Positions 19,094-29,110 of a stretch of 38,830 nucleotides of DNA are shown here, in pieces (the first letter of the stretch is position 1; each line of letters opens with the position of its first letter). Under the pieces are notes generated by a model. It saw nothing but the letters and a program-made list of their open reading frames with translations, did not search any database and had not been told where the DNA came from. Source of the DNA: Micrococcales bacterium (GTDB taxonomy: Bacteria; Actinomycetota; Actinomycetes; Actinomycetales; Microbacteriaceae); assembly GCA_046074345.1 (NCBI GenBank), contig JBJTNZ010000097.1, positions 1 to 38,830 on the forward strand, read 5' to 3'. The position numbers and the translations under genes were made by a program.

Positions 19094-19852
19094 CTCACTG
19101 TTGTGATGTTCGCCAACTTTTCCTGCAGCTAAAACATTTTCGTGCGACACTCCACCAGGCACGACACCCGCGGCTGGATTGGTCTGCATCGAAAGAGCAA
19201 GCACCTCTAGTCCAACTTCTCTCGCCGCAATAGTCTCGAGCGCGGTAGACATACCGACCATGTGACCACCAACGATGCCAACCATCTTTACCTCGGCTGG
19301 GCTTTCGTAGTGTGGTCCGCGGAATTGCGCGTAGACCACTTCTTCGAGCGATGGTTCAATTTGTTTTGCCAGCGCACGCAATCTTGGTGAATACATGTCG
19401 GTGAGGTCAACGAACTTGGCGCCTTCAATCGGACTGGTGGCGGTGAGATTGATGTGATCGGAAATTAGAAAAACCTGACCTGGGTGCCAGTTCGAGTTGA
19501 GGCCCCCTGCTCCGTTCGTGAGTAGTAGCACCTTGGCACCGAGTGCCGCCGCCGTGCGGGCAGGATGCGCCACTGCTTCGACGCCGTAACCCTGATACAG
19601 ATGGGTGCGAGGCAAGACCAAGACGTGTTTACCGGAATCAAGTTTGATTGAGGAAATTTGGCTGGAGAATCCTTCGACCTCGGCCTTACGGAAACCCGGG
19701 ATCTCGGTGGCCTCGATAGACCAATCAATCTTGCCGTTCAGGGTTTGGAGCCAACCGCTGCCGAGGCACAACACGATATCGAAGCGATCGATACCTGACT
19801 TTTCGCGAATACTCTTAGCCGCATGTTCGGCTAACTCGAAGGCATTGCTCAT
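19052..19852 (-). CDS. punA: Purine-nucleoside phosphorylase (trimeric type)
   Basis: Motifs LGSG, RTHLY, TNGAGG, SDHIN, GPHYESPAE, VGMST and TN.AAG. The start is supported by TAGGCT-N6-ATG. Confidence 0.9.
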   Translation of the reverse strand: MSNAFELAEHAAKSIREKSGIDRFDIVLCLGSGWLQTLNGKIDWSIEATEIPGFRKAEVEGFSSQISSIKLDSGKHVLVLPRTHLYQGYGVEAVAHPARTAAALGAKVLLLTNGAGGLNSNWHPGQVFLISDHINLTATSPIEGAKFVDLTDMYSPRLRALAKQIEPSLEEVVYAQFRGPHYESPAEVKMVGIVGGHMVGMSTALETIAAREVGLEVLALSMQTNPAAGVVPGGVSHENVLAAGKVGEHHNSELLAKLCEAIGDLL

Positions 19853-19883
19853 GCTCAAAGCCTATGGCTGGCAGAATGGGTAA

Positions 19884-21296
19884 GTGAGCGAAACCACTGT
19901 AAAACCACACCACATTGTCATTATTGGCGGCGGCCCTGGCGGCTACGAAGCCGCTCTCGCTGGAATTCAGCTTGGCGCGCAGGTAACTCTGATCGAGCGC
20001 TCAGGCATCGGTGGAAATGCGGTACTCACCGACGTTGTTCCATCGAAGACTCTCATCGCCACCGCTGACGCAGCGCAGTCAATCGCTCAGGCTGCAGAGC
20101 TCGGCATTCAGTTTTCTAGCGGAGGCAAACTCATCGCTCCGAAGGTAGAAGTAGACATCGCTACTGTCAACCGACGCTTACTCGAGATTGCCGAAGAGCA
20201 GTCTGGCGACATGAAGGCAAACCTGGTTGCGGCAGGAGTTCGTATCATTCGCGGCACCGGTCGCCTAGATGGAAATCATTTTGTGATTGCTACCAAGGCT
20301 GACGGCACAGAAGAGCGCCTCGAATCAAAGACCATCATTGTGGCAGTCGGTGCTTCACCGCGTGAACTTCCTACAGCCAAGCCAGATGGTCAGCGCATTC
20401 TCACTTGGAAGCAGCTCTACAATTTGGAGTCGCTACCTGAGCACATGATTGTGGTGGGTTCAGGTGTGACCGGCGCAGAATTTGCCAGCGCATTCCGTGG
20501 GCTTGGTTGCGAAGTTAGTTTGATTTCTTCTCGCGACATGGTGCTACCTAGTGAGGATGTAGCAGCGTCGAAGGTTATCGAAGATGTATTCCGCAAACGC
20601 GGTGTGCACATCTACGAAAAGGCTCGTGCCGAATCTGTAGTCAACAAGGGTGATCACGTCGAAGTGACTCTCGCAGATGGTCGCGTAATCGAAGGCTCAC
20701 ACTGCCTTATGGCGGTTGGTGGAATTCCTAACACCGCCGGGCTCGGACTCGAAGAAGCAGGGATCGTGCTCACCGAGAGCGGACACATTCAGGTAAACAA
20801 GGTTGCTCGTACCGCGCGTGCCAACGTTTACGCGGTGGGCGACTGCACCACCTCACTTCCACTCGCTTCGGTTTCTGCAATGCAGGGCCGCACCGCTGTG
20901 TTCCACACCATGGGTGACATCGCCGAGCCGACAGTACTTCGCAACGTAGCTTCAAACGTGTTCACTTCGCCGGAGATCTCTTCGGTCGGTTGGTCTGAGG
21001 CGGCAATCAAGGAGGGCAAAGTCAATGGCTTTGTACACAAGATTGATTTGGATACCAACCCACGCGCCAAGATGATGGGTGTCGAAGAAGGTTTCATCAA
21101 GTTGATCTGCTCGACCGGCGGCACCGTAATCGGTGGCGTAGTGGTTGCACCTAAGGCAAGCGAATTGATTTACCCGATTGCTATTGCGATTGAAAATCGT
21201 TTGACGGTAGATGAGGTGGCAAGCACCTACACCGTGTATCCATCACTTACTGGTTCGATCACAGATGCAGCTCGTGCGCTGCACATCACTAACTAA
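19884..21296 (+). CDS. lpdA: NAD(P)H-quinone dehydrogenase (actinobacterial LpdA type)
   Basis: GGGPGG; GGNAVLTDVVPSK lacking the CxxxxC disulfide; GSGVTGAEFA; YPSL in place of HPT. Located next to pnp and the carboxylase alpha gene. Confidence 0.88.
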   Translation: MSETTVKPHHIVIIGGGPGGYEAALAGIQLGAQVTLIERSGIGGNAVLTDVVPSKTLIATADAAQSIAQAAELGIQFSSGGKLIAPKVEVDIATVNRRLLEIAEEQSGDMKANLVAAGVRIIRGTGRLDGNHFVIATKADGTEERLESKTIIVAVGASPRELPTAKPDGQRILTWKQLYNLESLPEHMIVVGSGVTGAEFASAFRGLGCEVSLISSRDMVLPSEDVAASKVIEDVFRKRGVHIYEKARAESVVNKGDHVEVTLADGRVIEGSHCLMAVGGIPNTAGLGLEEAGIVLTESGHIQVNKVARTARANVYAVGDCTTSLPLASVSAMQGRTAVFHTMGDIAEPTVLRNVASNVFTSPEISSVGWSEAAIKEGKVNGFVHKIDLDTNPRAKMMGVEEGFIKLICSTGGTVIGGVVVAPKASELIYPIAIAIENRLTVDEVASTYTVYPSLTGSITDAARALHITN

Positions 21297-21311
21297 AACT
21301 TGACGAACTAG

Positions 21312-23096
21312 TTATTCGATTTCGAGCAGGACAGTGCCGGCCGGTACGGTCACGCCGACTTCGGCACTGATTGACTTCACGGTTCCACTCTTGTGAGCGT
21401 TCATCGGCTGTTCCATCTTCATGGCTTCGAGCACAATCACGAGATCACCCTCGTTGATGGTGTCGCCCACGTTTACGGCAATCTTTACAACTGTGCTTTG
21501 CATCGGAGCCTTCACGGAGTTTCCTGATGCACCACCTCCGGCGTGCGAGCCACTCGAAGTTTTGCGCTTAGGGGCTGCACCTGCTGTCGCTGGTCCTGCG
21601 CCACCACCGGTAAGTAGTCGCTTTGGGAGTGAAACTTCGATGCGCTTTCCGGCAACCTCGACCACAACGTTGTTGCGTTCGCTCGGCGCAGCCGCATCTT
21701 CGGCAATTCCAGCCCAAGCTTCGATGTCGTTGGTCCACTCGGTTTCAATCCAGCGAGTGTAAATTCCAAACTTGTTTGCTTTGACGTCACCGATGAAGGC
21801 TGGGTCGTTGACGATCTTGCGGTGGAATGGCAACACCGTCGGCAAGCCTTCTACCTGCATCTCATCGAGTGCACGACGTGAACGAGCGAGCGCTTCTTCG
21901 CGAGTAGCGCCGGTGACGATTAGCTTGGCCACCATTGAGTCGAATGAACCGCTGATCACATCGCCAGACTCGACACCGGTATCCACGCGAACGCCAGGGC
22001 CAGAAGGGGCTTTGAATAGGTGCACTGGGCCGGGAGCCGGCATGAAGTTGCGGCCCGCGTCTTCACCGTTGATGCGGAATTCAAAGCTGTGCCCGGTGAC
22101 CTTTGGGTCTGCGTATTCGAGCACTCCACCCTCGGCTAGACGGAACTGTTCGCGGACGAGATCGATGCCGGTGACTTCCTCAGAGACCGGGTGTTCCACC
22201 TGCAAACGAGTGTTTACTTCAAGGAAAGAAATTGTGCCATCCTGCGCAACCAAGAACTCACAAGTTCCTGCACCCTGGTAACCAACTTCCTTCAGGATTG
22301 CCTTCGATGAATCGTAAAGTCGCTTGACCTGTTCGTCAGTCAAGAATGGTGCCGGTGCTTCTTCAACAAGTTTCTGGTGACGACGCTGCAGTGAGCAGTC
22401 ACGAGTGGAAACCACCACGACGTTGCCATGAGCATCAGCGAGACACTGAGTTTCTACGTGACGTGGTTTTTCCAAATACTTCTCAACGAAACACTCACCA
22501 CGACCGAATGCCGCTGTTGCTTCACGAGTGGCAGATTCAAAAAGTTCTGCAACTTCTTCTTGCTTGTATGCGACCTTGATACCGCGGCCACCTCCGCCGA
22601 AGGCGGCTTTGATCGCGACTGGTAATCCGTGCTTAGCAACGAATTCCAAAACTTCTTCGGCACCCGAAACCGGATTGATTGTGCCAGGAGCAAGTGGTGC
22701 TCCCACTTTTTCAGCTACGTGACGAGCCGAAACTTTATCGCCAAGCTGCTCGATTGCCTTAGGTGAAGGACCAATCCAAATCAAACCCTCGGCAATTACC
22801 GCGCGAGCGAAATCCGCATTCTCGGCAAGAAATCCGTAACCAGGGTGTACTGCATCTGCACCTGACTTGCGAGCGACATCGATGATCTTGTCGATGACTA
22901 AATAGGTCTCTGGTCCGGTGGTGCCGTGAAGCGCATATGCCTCATCCGAAAGCTTTACGTGAAGTGCGTCACGATCCTGGTCTGCGTAAACTGCGACTGA
23001 CTGAATACCGGCATCCTTGGCAGCTCGCGCGATGCGTACAGCGATTTCGCCACGGTTGGCGATAAGTACCTTGGTGATTTTCTTTGAGGCAGTCAT
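21312..23096 (-). CDS. accA: Acetyl/propionyl-CoA carboxylase alpha subunit (biotin carboxylase + BCCP)
   Basis: Motifs [23 protein letters not shown] and [10 protein letters not shown]; biotinylation motif EAMKM. Confidence 0.95.
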   Translation of the reverse strand: MTASKKITKVLIANRGEIAVRIARAAKDAGIQSVAVYADQDRDALHVKLSDEAYALHGTTGPETYLVIDKIIDVARKSGADAVHPGYGFLAENADFARAVIAEGLIWIGPSPKAIEQLGDKVSARHVAEKVGAPLAPGTINPVSGAEEVLEFVAKHGLPVAIKAAFGGGGRGIKVAYKQEEVAELFESATREATAAFGRGECFVEKYLEKPRHVETQCLADAHGNVVVVSTRDCSLQRRHQKLVEEAPAPFLTDEQVKRLYDSSKAILKEVGYQGAGTCEFLVAQDGTISFLEVNTRLQVEHPVSEEVTGIDLVREQFRLAEGGVLEYADPKVTGHSFEFRINGEDAGRNFMPAPGPVHLFKAPSGPGVRVDTGVESGDVISGSFDSMVAKLIVTGATREEALARSRRALDEMQVEGLPTVLPFHRKIVNDPAFIGDVKANKFGIYTRWIETEWTNDIEAWAGIAEDAAAPSERNNVVVEVAGKRIEVSLPKRLLTGGGAGPATAGAAPKRKTSSGSHAGGGASGNSVKAPMQSTVVKIAVNVGDTINEGDLVIVLEAMKMEQPMNAHKSGTVKSISAEVGVTVPAGTVLLEIE

Positions 23097-23170
23097 AAAA
23101 ACTAACTCTATTGACTAAAAATGGCCTTTTCTTGGCACTATCGGACAACAAAAAGCCGAAACGGTTGGGA

Positions 23171-23803
23171 TTATCTCCAAAGACTGGGGTAGTCGACCCC
23201 GAGCTGAATGGTCAGCTCTCGAAGGATTGGCAGGCTGAGGCCGACCACAGTGTGCGGGTCACCCTCAATCGAGCGGATGAACGCTCCACCCAGCCCATCA
23301 ATAGTGAAGGCTCCCGCTACTTTGAGCGGTTCGCCGGTAGCCACATAGGCATCGATTTCGGCGTCGCTAAGGTCGGCGAAGTGCACCACGGTTGAACTGG
23401 TTCGCCCGGTGGCTGGCGGCAGTTGCCCAGGTTTTGGATCACGGTTATCGATGAGCCAGTGGCCGGAGTGCAGCACCCCGGACTCGCCTCGGATTGCCTT
23501 CCAGCGGGCCTTGGCCACTTCTGGGTCGTGTGGTTTGCCAAGCGACTGGCCATCAAATTCCAGCGAAGAATCGCAGCCGATAATCAGCCCAATCGCATCC
23601 GGGTGGCCCAGCACTGCTTCGGCCTTTGCCTTAGCCAAGAGGTGAACCATGTCGTGGGTGCCGGAAATCAACCCCATGGATTCGGCTCGTGCGGTGACGG
23701 CGTCTTCGTCTACGCCAGGGGCAATGGTGATTGGGTCAATGCCCGCATTGCGAAGCAGGGTCAGTCGAGCGGGAGAGGTGCTGGCCAGAACCAATCGAGT
23801 CAT
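23171..23803 (-). CDS. maf: Maf-family nucleoside triphosphate pyrophosphatase
   Basis: Motifs LVLASTSPAR, KAEA, GCDS, GKP, GEPLKVAGAF and VVGLS. Confidence 0.93.
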   Translation of the reverse strand: MTRLVLASTSPARLTLLRNAGIDPITIAPGVDEDAVTARAESMGLISGTHDMVHLLAKAKAEAVLGHPDAIGLIIGCDSSLEFDGQSLGKPHDPEVAKARWKAIRGESGVLHSGHWLIDNRDPKPGQLPPATGRTSSTVVHFADLSDAEIDAYVATGEPLKVAGAFTIDGLGGAFIRSIEGDPHTVVGLSLPILRELTIQLGVDYPSLWR

Positions 23804-23828
23804 GGAATTACTCTGGCACACTTATCTA

Positions 23829-25052
23829 GTGAATAAAGACAACACCAACTGGCTTGGCCGCGTACTCGAACTCGAAATCGAAAAGGTGGCGCACGGCGGA
23901 ATCTTCGTGGCTCGTCATGAGGGTCGCGTGGTGTTTGTGTCACACGTCTTACCTGGCGAGAAAGTTCGCGCACTGGTTTACGAAGACGGCGGCAAGTCAT
24001 TCTGCCGAGCAGAGCCGCAAGAAATTTTGGTGGCATCGCCGGATCGCGTTGAGCATGTTTGGGATCAAGCCGGTGTCGGTGGCGCAGGTGGCGCAGAGTT
24101 TGGGCACATCAAACTTTCTCGTCAGCGCGAATTGAAAGCCGATGTAATTGAAGAAGCACTCGATCGCATGGCCGGAATCAAATTGCGTCCGGTGGTCGAG
24201 GCAGCACCCGGCGATGACGAAAGCAATGGGCTTGGTTATCGCACTCGAGTGCAGTTGCACGTAAATGAATTTGGTGATGCGGGGCCATACATGGAACGCT
24301 CGCACGATGTGGTTCTTGTGCGTGATCTTCCACTCGCAGTCGAAGACATTCGCGAGCTTGGACTGCACAGCAAAAACTGGAGCGGTGTAAAAAAGATTGA
24401 CATCGCAGCTTCGAACACAGGACAGGTGCAGTGGCGAGTCGACGACAAGCTCAAAGGTGACGAACGACTAGTTGAGCGCGTAGCCGGCCGCACTTTCAGA
24501 ATTTCCGGGGGCGGTTTTTGGCAGGTACACCGCAAGGCTGCCGAGGTTTTGACCACCACTGTTTTGTCGATGGTCGAAAAAGTTGGCTTTGATAAGACAG
24601 CACCAAACTTCGATCTCTACGGTGGAGTCGGATTGTTCTCCGGCGCGCTCGCGGCGAAGTACGGCACCGATGTAAACATCACTAGCGTTGAGGCTTTCAA
24701 ACGTGCCACCGAGGACGCTGTGCTCAACCTAGGCGACCTCACCAAGGGCAAGGCTGTTTGCGCCCAGGTTGACCGTTTTCTGCAAGACCAGCAGCGAGCC
24801 AAGACCGACTTCAGTAACGCGACCGTGGTGCTAGATCCGCCTCGCGCCGGGGCAGGAGCCAAGGTCATCGATCTGCTCACCAAGCTGGCACCGAAGCACA
24901 TCGTCTATGTGGCATGCGATCCGGTTGCGCTAGCTCGCGACCTAAAGGGCTTGCTAGCCGGAGGCTACGAGCTCGCCGAGTTGCGTGCCTTCGATCTGTT
25001 CCCGCACACACACCACGTGGAAGCAATCGCGAGTTTGGTTCGCAAAAAATAA
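23829..25052 (+). CDS. TRAM-domain class I SAM-dependent RNA m5U methyltransferase (TrmA/RlmD family)
   Basis: TRAM motif VAHGG...GRVVFV..LPGE; GFWQVH, DLYGGVGLF, LDPPRAG, YVACDP and DLFPHTHHVE. The start is uncertain; GTG 23829 avoids overlap with maf. Confidence 0.9.
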   Translation: MNKDNTNWLGRVLELEIEKVAHGGIFVARHEGRVVFVSHVLPGEKVRALVYEDGGKSFCRAEPQEILVASPDRVEHVWDQAGVGGAGGAEFGHIKLSRQRELKADVIEEALDRMAGIKLRPVVEAAPGDDESNGLGYRTRVQLHVNEFGDAGPYMERSHDVVLVRDLPLAVEDIRELGLHSKNWSGVKKIDIAASNTGQVQWRVDDKLKGDERLVERVAGRTFRISGGGFWQVHRKAAEVLTTTVLSMVEKVGFDKTAPNFDLYGGVGLFSGALAAKYGTDVNITSVEAFKRATEDAVLNLGDLTKGKAVCAQVDRFLQDQQRAKTDFSNATVVLDPPRAGAGAKVIDLLTKLAPKHIVYVACDPVALARDLKGLLAGGYELAELRAFDLFPHTHHVEAIASLVRKK

Positions 25053-25056
25053 GCAA

Positions 25057-26238
25057 ATGACCGAAACAAACGTAACTCCACAAATCGCGCTAGCGCGTGT
25101 GGATGGCCTGCTCAATAAGGTCTACGTTTCAGGTTTAGCGCTGCTCACACTTGATCTTGTGCAAAATGCGCTACGGCAGTCGCAATTCCTAAATCCGATT
25201 TGGTTCTGGCTTACCTTCGGAGCGCTAATTTTTAGTGTGGTTGGCGCGGTGTTGGCAGCATTCAAATTTGGCAACACTCGTTATTGGTATCGGGCGATGG
25301 TGATTGTGGTTGTTTTCACAATGCTCACCTGGGGTTACCAGATGATTGATAATCAAACACTTCCAGCGGATTACAAACCTTGGATCTGGTGGGCGGTCGG
25401 TCCGGTGACCGTTGCGGCGGCAGGCGCTTGGAAACCAATCTGGGCTTATGCAAGTTTGGTAATTGCTCCGGTGCTTTGGTTGGTGGTGGAAACCTCATCC
25501 GAGGGTGGCGCCACTCCACTTGGGCTAGCGATGCAGGACAGCCTTTACGCATTCTTTTTTTCCACAGCACTGGTCGTCATGGCACTGGCGCTTCGCGATA
25601 GAGCAAATGAAGTCGATCGCGAAAATGGAAAAGCGATTCAGGCTGTGCTTGAACGCACTCGTAGTGAAGTACTAAATCGTGAGCGTGCAATATTCAATTC
25701 GATTATGCACGATCAGGTGCTCACCACTTTGGACTTGGCGGCCAACGCAACTTCTGAGCGCAGTAAAAAACTCGCTGCAACCGCAGCCGAAGATGCCATC
25801 GGCAGATTAAATCGTGAGGTAGATCGCACGGCAGTTCAGCCTGACAGCTTTGAAGTTTCAGTCATGGGTGAACCTCTGATGGAAGCAGTACAGCGTCGCT
25901 CGACTGACTTTCAAGTCTCGCTCACCGGAAAATGTGATCTCAAAATCCCGTTCCAAGCGGGAGCCGCCATTTTTGAAGCAACATTATTGGCTGTGAGTAA
26001 TTCGCTGACTCATGCTCCGAGAGCAAGCGAGCGCAAGGTCCTGATTCGCCTGAGCCAGCGTGGAATTAAAGTTGTGGTCTCTGACAATGGCACTGGTTTC
26101 CGGATGTCTAACGTGCACAAGACCGCACTTGGCATGCGCTGGACTATGTTCCGTCGCCTCGAAAGCCTTGGAGTCAAGCCGAGCCTTGAGTCAAAGCCAG
26201 GTGCCGGCACAACTTGGATTTTTGAGTGGTACGAATGA
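25057..26238 (+). CDS. Membrane-bound sensor histidine kinase
   Basis: About 6 TM segments; H-box MHDQVL, N-box SNSLTHA, G1 VSDNGTGF and G2 PGAGTT. Confidence 0.85.
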   Translation: MTETNVTPQIALARVDGLLNKVYVSGLALLTLDLVQNALRQSQFLNPIWFWLTFGALIFSVVGAVLAAFKFGNTRYWYRAMVIVVVFTMLTWGYQMIDNQTLPADYKPWIWWAVGPVTVAAAGAWKPIWAYASLVIAPVLWLVVETSSEGGATPLGLAMQDSLYAFFFSTALVVMALALRDRANEVDRENGKAIQAVLERTRSEVLNRERAIFNSIMHDQVLTTLDLAANATSERSKKLAATAAEDAIGRLNREVDRTAVQPDSFEVSVMGEPLMEAVQRRSTDFQVSLTGKCDLKIPFQAGAAIFEATLLAVSNSLTHAPRASERKVLIRLSQRGIKVVVSDNGTGFRMSNVHKTALGMRWTMFRRLESLGVKPSLESKPGAGTTWIFEWYE

Positions 26239-27206
26239 TCAGCGTAAGACGACTTTTCCTCGGCGGTTTGACGCTTTTATTCGGCGCATTCAACGTCTCG
26301 TTAGCCCTATTCCGACTTGATCGTTACAACGACTCGTGGATAACGGTGGCAATGGGTTTTGGCTATTTTGCAACCCTTGCGATTTGCACGGTTGCATTTA
26401 GAAAATTCCAACTTCCAGCTTGGGTCGCATGGTTTGTGGCTTTGGTAGCAGTACTGATTCCTAAAGTTTCACACCTGACTCTTCGCGGTGAAAATCTCGA
26501 AACCTACGACACCTGGTACGTCACCGCGGTTGGGTTACTACTTGGTGCTTTAGCGGTGCGCGGTCGATCACTATATGCAATCGTTGCCGGTGTTATTTTC
26601 AGCGCTGAAGTAATTTATTTTGGTGGCTTGGAATATTTGCCGAAGAGCGGACTAAGCGGTGCAGTGATTCTTATCGTCGCCTGTATCGCAATTTCACGAG
26701 GTCTCGATACTTCGGCAAAGGAAATTGCTTCAGCACAGACCAGTGCGGCACAAGAACTTTCTGCCCTCGAAACAGAAAAGTCCATGGCTGTCGCTCACGA
26801 CTACGCGATAAATATTGCGATGAAATCGACGCTGCCAACTTTGAAAAAAATCGCAACCGGAAAATACTTCTCGAAAGAGCAGCGCGCTAGTTATGCCGAT
26901 ACCGAAGTCTCCTTGCGCGACGACATCTCCGGTGGCCTGCTGGTAAATCGCAAAGTCAAGCGTGCCGTCGCCGCTGCTCGATCAAGGGGAGTGGATGTGG
27001 CGTTGCTAGACGAAGGTGGGCTAGATTCTCTCGCTGCGCACGAGCTTGAAGACCTTCTCGACCTAGTAGTTGCGGCACTTGGCGACGTAAACACCGGACG
27101 AGTCACTGTGCGCACCCAGCCAAAGGAAAACTGGTTGGTGCGATTCACTGCTAGTCGTCCGCGTGTTGTTACTCCGGACTTAGACCTAAAGCTTGGTGAG
27201 CGCTAA
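26235..27206 (+). CDS. Multi-TM membrane protein with a degenerate kinase-like cytoplasmic tail
   Basis: About 5-6 TM segments, then a helical region and LRDDISGG...ARSRGVDVALLDEGG. ATGA-coupled to the kinase. Confidence 0.72.
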   Translation: MISVRRLFLGGLTLLFGAFNVSLALFRLDRYNDSWITVAMGFGYFATLAICTVAFRKFQLPAWVAWFVALVAVLIPKVSHLTLRGENLETYDTWYVTAVGLLLGALAVRGRSLYAIVAGVIFSAEVIYFGGLEYLPKSGLSGAVILIVACIAISRGLDTSAKEIASAQTSAAQELSALETEKSMAVAHDYAINIAMKSTLPTLKKIATGKYFSKEQRASYADTEVSLRDDISGGLLVNRKVKRAVAAARSRGVDVALLDEGGLDSLAAHELEDLLDLVVAALGDVNTGRVTVRTQPKENWLVRFTASRPRVVTPDLDLKLGER

Positions 27207-28867
27207 GCGCCCATTGCCATTCTTAGGGTGTCTAGTCCTAGACCACCTAGGTTCAACGCCTTGCGGTGGAACTCCTTGATGTCGAAATCGGCACCCTGAT
27301 TGGTGCGGTATTCGTCGCGGATGTTTTCCCAGATTCGCTGACCGATCTTGTAACTCGGTGCCTGTCCTGGCCAGCCGAAATAGCGGTGCACTTCAAAGTT
27401 CACGAATGCTGGACTCTCGCCCGCGTTCTTGGTCATGAAGTCCAAGGCGTAATCGAAGTCCCATTTGCCGGTGCCATCTAACTTTGGCTTGCCCAGGTGC
27501 GAGCCGATGTCGAGCACCACTCGCGCAGCGCGCATGCGCTGACCATCGAGCATTCCCATTCGATCCGCTGGGTCGTCCAAGAAGCCAAGGTCGGCCATTA
27601 GACGCTCAGCATAAAGTGCCCAACCTTCACCGTGACCAGAAGACCAAGAGACAAGTCGACGCCATGAATTCAACTCGTCGCGGTTGTACACCTGCTGACC
27701 AACCTGAAGGTGGTGACCAGGAATTCCCTCGTGGTAAACAGTTGTGGTCTCGCGCCAGGTGTCGAACTCTTCGACCCCTGCTGGTACCGACCACCACATG
27801 CGGCCTGGTCGCGAGAAGTCATCGGTTGGACCGGTGTAGTAAATGCCACCGGTCTGCGAAGGCGCAATCATGCACTCGAGTTTCTTGAGTGGCTCGGCGA
27901 TATCGAAGTGCGTGCCGCTCAGTTTTTCAATTGCAGCATCGCTGAGTTTCTGCATCCACTCCTGCAATGCCTTTGTGCCATGCAACTTGCGTTTTGAATC
28001 CTGGTGGAGGAATTCTTTGGCTTCTTCGATGCTTGCGCCCGGCTTTATCTGCTTGGCAACTTCTTCTTGCTCTTTCACCACGCGAGCAAGTTCTTCGATG
28101 CCCCACTCATAGGTTTCATCGAGATTTACTTTTGCGCCAAGGTAACGACGACTAAACAACTCGTAACGTTCACGGCCAATCGCATCGACCGAATTTGCCT
28201 TTGGTAGAAGCTCGTCTTTGAAGAATGAGATCAGGGTTTCGTAACCAGCTACCGCTTGCTTTGCGGCTGCCTCTAGTTCATTTTTCAGGACTGATGAAAG
28301 CTCTCCAGATTCTGGCTTTGCATTCGTCGCAAATACCTCGAAGAACCCTCCGGCCTTGACATTGTCAATTGACTGCTCGATGCAGCGCTCCACCTGACGA
28401 CGAGCCGGGGTGTCGCCACTGGCGATTCCTAGTCGAAGAGTTTCGATGTAACCATCGATAGCCTCTGGCACTGCGCTTAGACGCTTGGCAATGTTTGACC
28501 AGTCACCCTCGGTGTCTGTCGCTGAGACATCGAACAATTCGCGGATTCCTTGCACCGGTGACGCAATCACATTGAGATTGCGGTGGTGAAGTTTCGCCTC
28601 GTGCATTTCGATGTCGAGTTCGAGGCTTCGACGCATCGCATCTGCTGTGATGCGGTCTACTTCGTCGCTGATTGGAGCGGCGTTTACTTCTGCAAGGACG
28701 CGCTTGGTCTCGGTGTAAAACTGTTCGTGGGCCGCAGGCGACTCATCGTCGAGTTTGTCTTCGTTACCTGGAATACCTACATCGGTGGCGAAGCTCGGGC
28801 TGAGTTCAGCAATTCGCTTTACCCAGTTGTCGGCGACTAGATCGAGGGCAGTTGGTTTACGTGTCAT
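27203..28867 (-). CDS. DUF885-family protein (putative zinc metallopeptidase)
   Basis: Motifs HEGIPGHHLQ, EGWALYAE, RAARVVLD and PGQAPSYKIG; no signal peptide. Confidence 0.9.
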   Translation of the reverse strand: MTRKPTALDLVADNWVKRIAELSPSFATDVGIPGNEDKLDDESPAAHEQFYTETKRVLAEVNAAPISDEVDRITADAMRRSLELDIEMHEAKLHHRNLNVIASPVQGIRELFDVSATDTEGDWSNIAKRLSAVPEAIDGYIETLRLGIASGDTPARRQVERCIEQSIDNVKAGGFFEVFATNAKPESGELSSVLKNELEAAAKQAVAGYETLISFFKDELLPKANSVDAIGRERYELFSRRYLGAKVNLDETYEWGIEELARVVKEQEEVAKQIKPGASIEEAKEFLHQDSKRKLHGTKALQEWMQKLSDAAIEKLSGTHFDIAEPLKKLECMIAPSQTGGIYYTGPTDDFSRPGRMWWSVPAGVEEFDTWRETTTVYHEGIPGHHLQVGQQVYNRDELNSWRRLVSWSSGHGEGWALYAERLMADLGFLDDPADRMGMLDGQRMRAARVVLDIGSHLGKPKLDGTGKWDFDYALDFMTKNAGESPAFVNFEVHRYFGWPGQAPSYKIGQRIWENIRDEYRTNQGADFDIKEFHRKALNLGGLGLDTLRMAMGA

Positions 28868-28871
28868 GCAC

Positions 28872-29108
28872 CTAATTTAGGCCATCGCGGAACGCTGCGT
28901 TCCACTGACCCAAACCGGGAGCAAGGTTGCTGCGAAGGTGCCCATGGCCCCGATTCCAAGTTGAGCGTGGCGGACGTTTCGCGACACCTGAAGTCAAAGG
29001 TTCCTCGGCAGCGGCGGCCTCGACGAGGGCAATGACTGCCGCCAACTCTTCGGGAGTTGGATTACCGCGCACCACTCGAAGTGACTCTTGGAATTCTGAA
29101 TTGGACAT
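28872..29108 (-). CDS. Acyl-CoA carboxylase epsilon subunit
   Basis: LRVVRGNPTPEELAAV...W; directly downstream of the beta subunit. Confidence 0.9.
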   Translation of the reverse strand: MSNSEFQESLRVVRGNPTPEELAAVIALVEAAAAEEPLTSGVAKRPPRSTWNRGHGHLRSNLAPGLGQWNAAFRDGLN

Positions 29109-29110
29109 TT

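Noticed and set aside
19884-21296. Dihydrolipoamide dehydrogenase with a lost active-site disulfide as a novelty
   Set aside because: Lack of the redox disulfide is a known trait of actinobacterial LpdA-type quinone reductases.
23649-23828. N-terminal extension of the methyltransferase ORF
   Set aside because: It is antisense to maf, and the TRAM domain begins after 23829.
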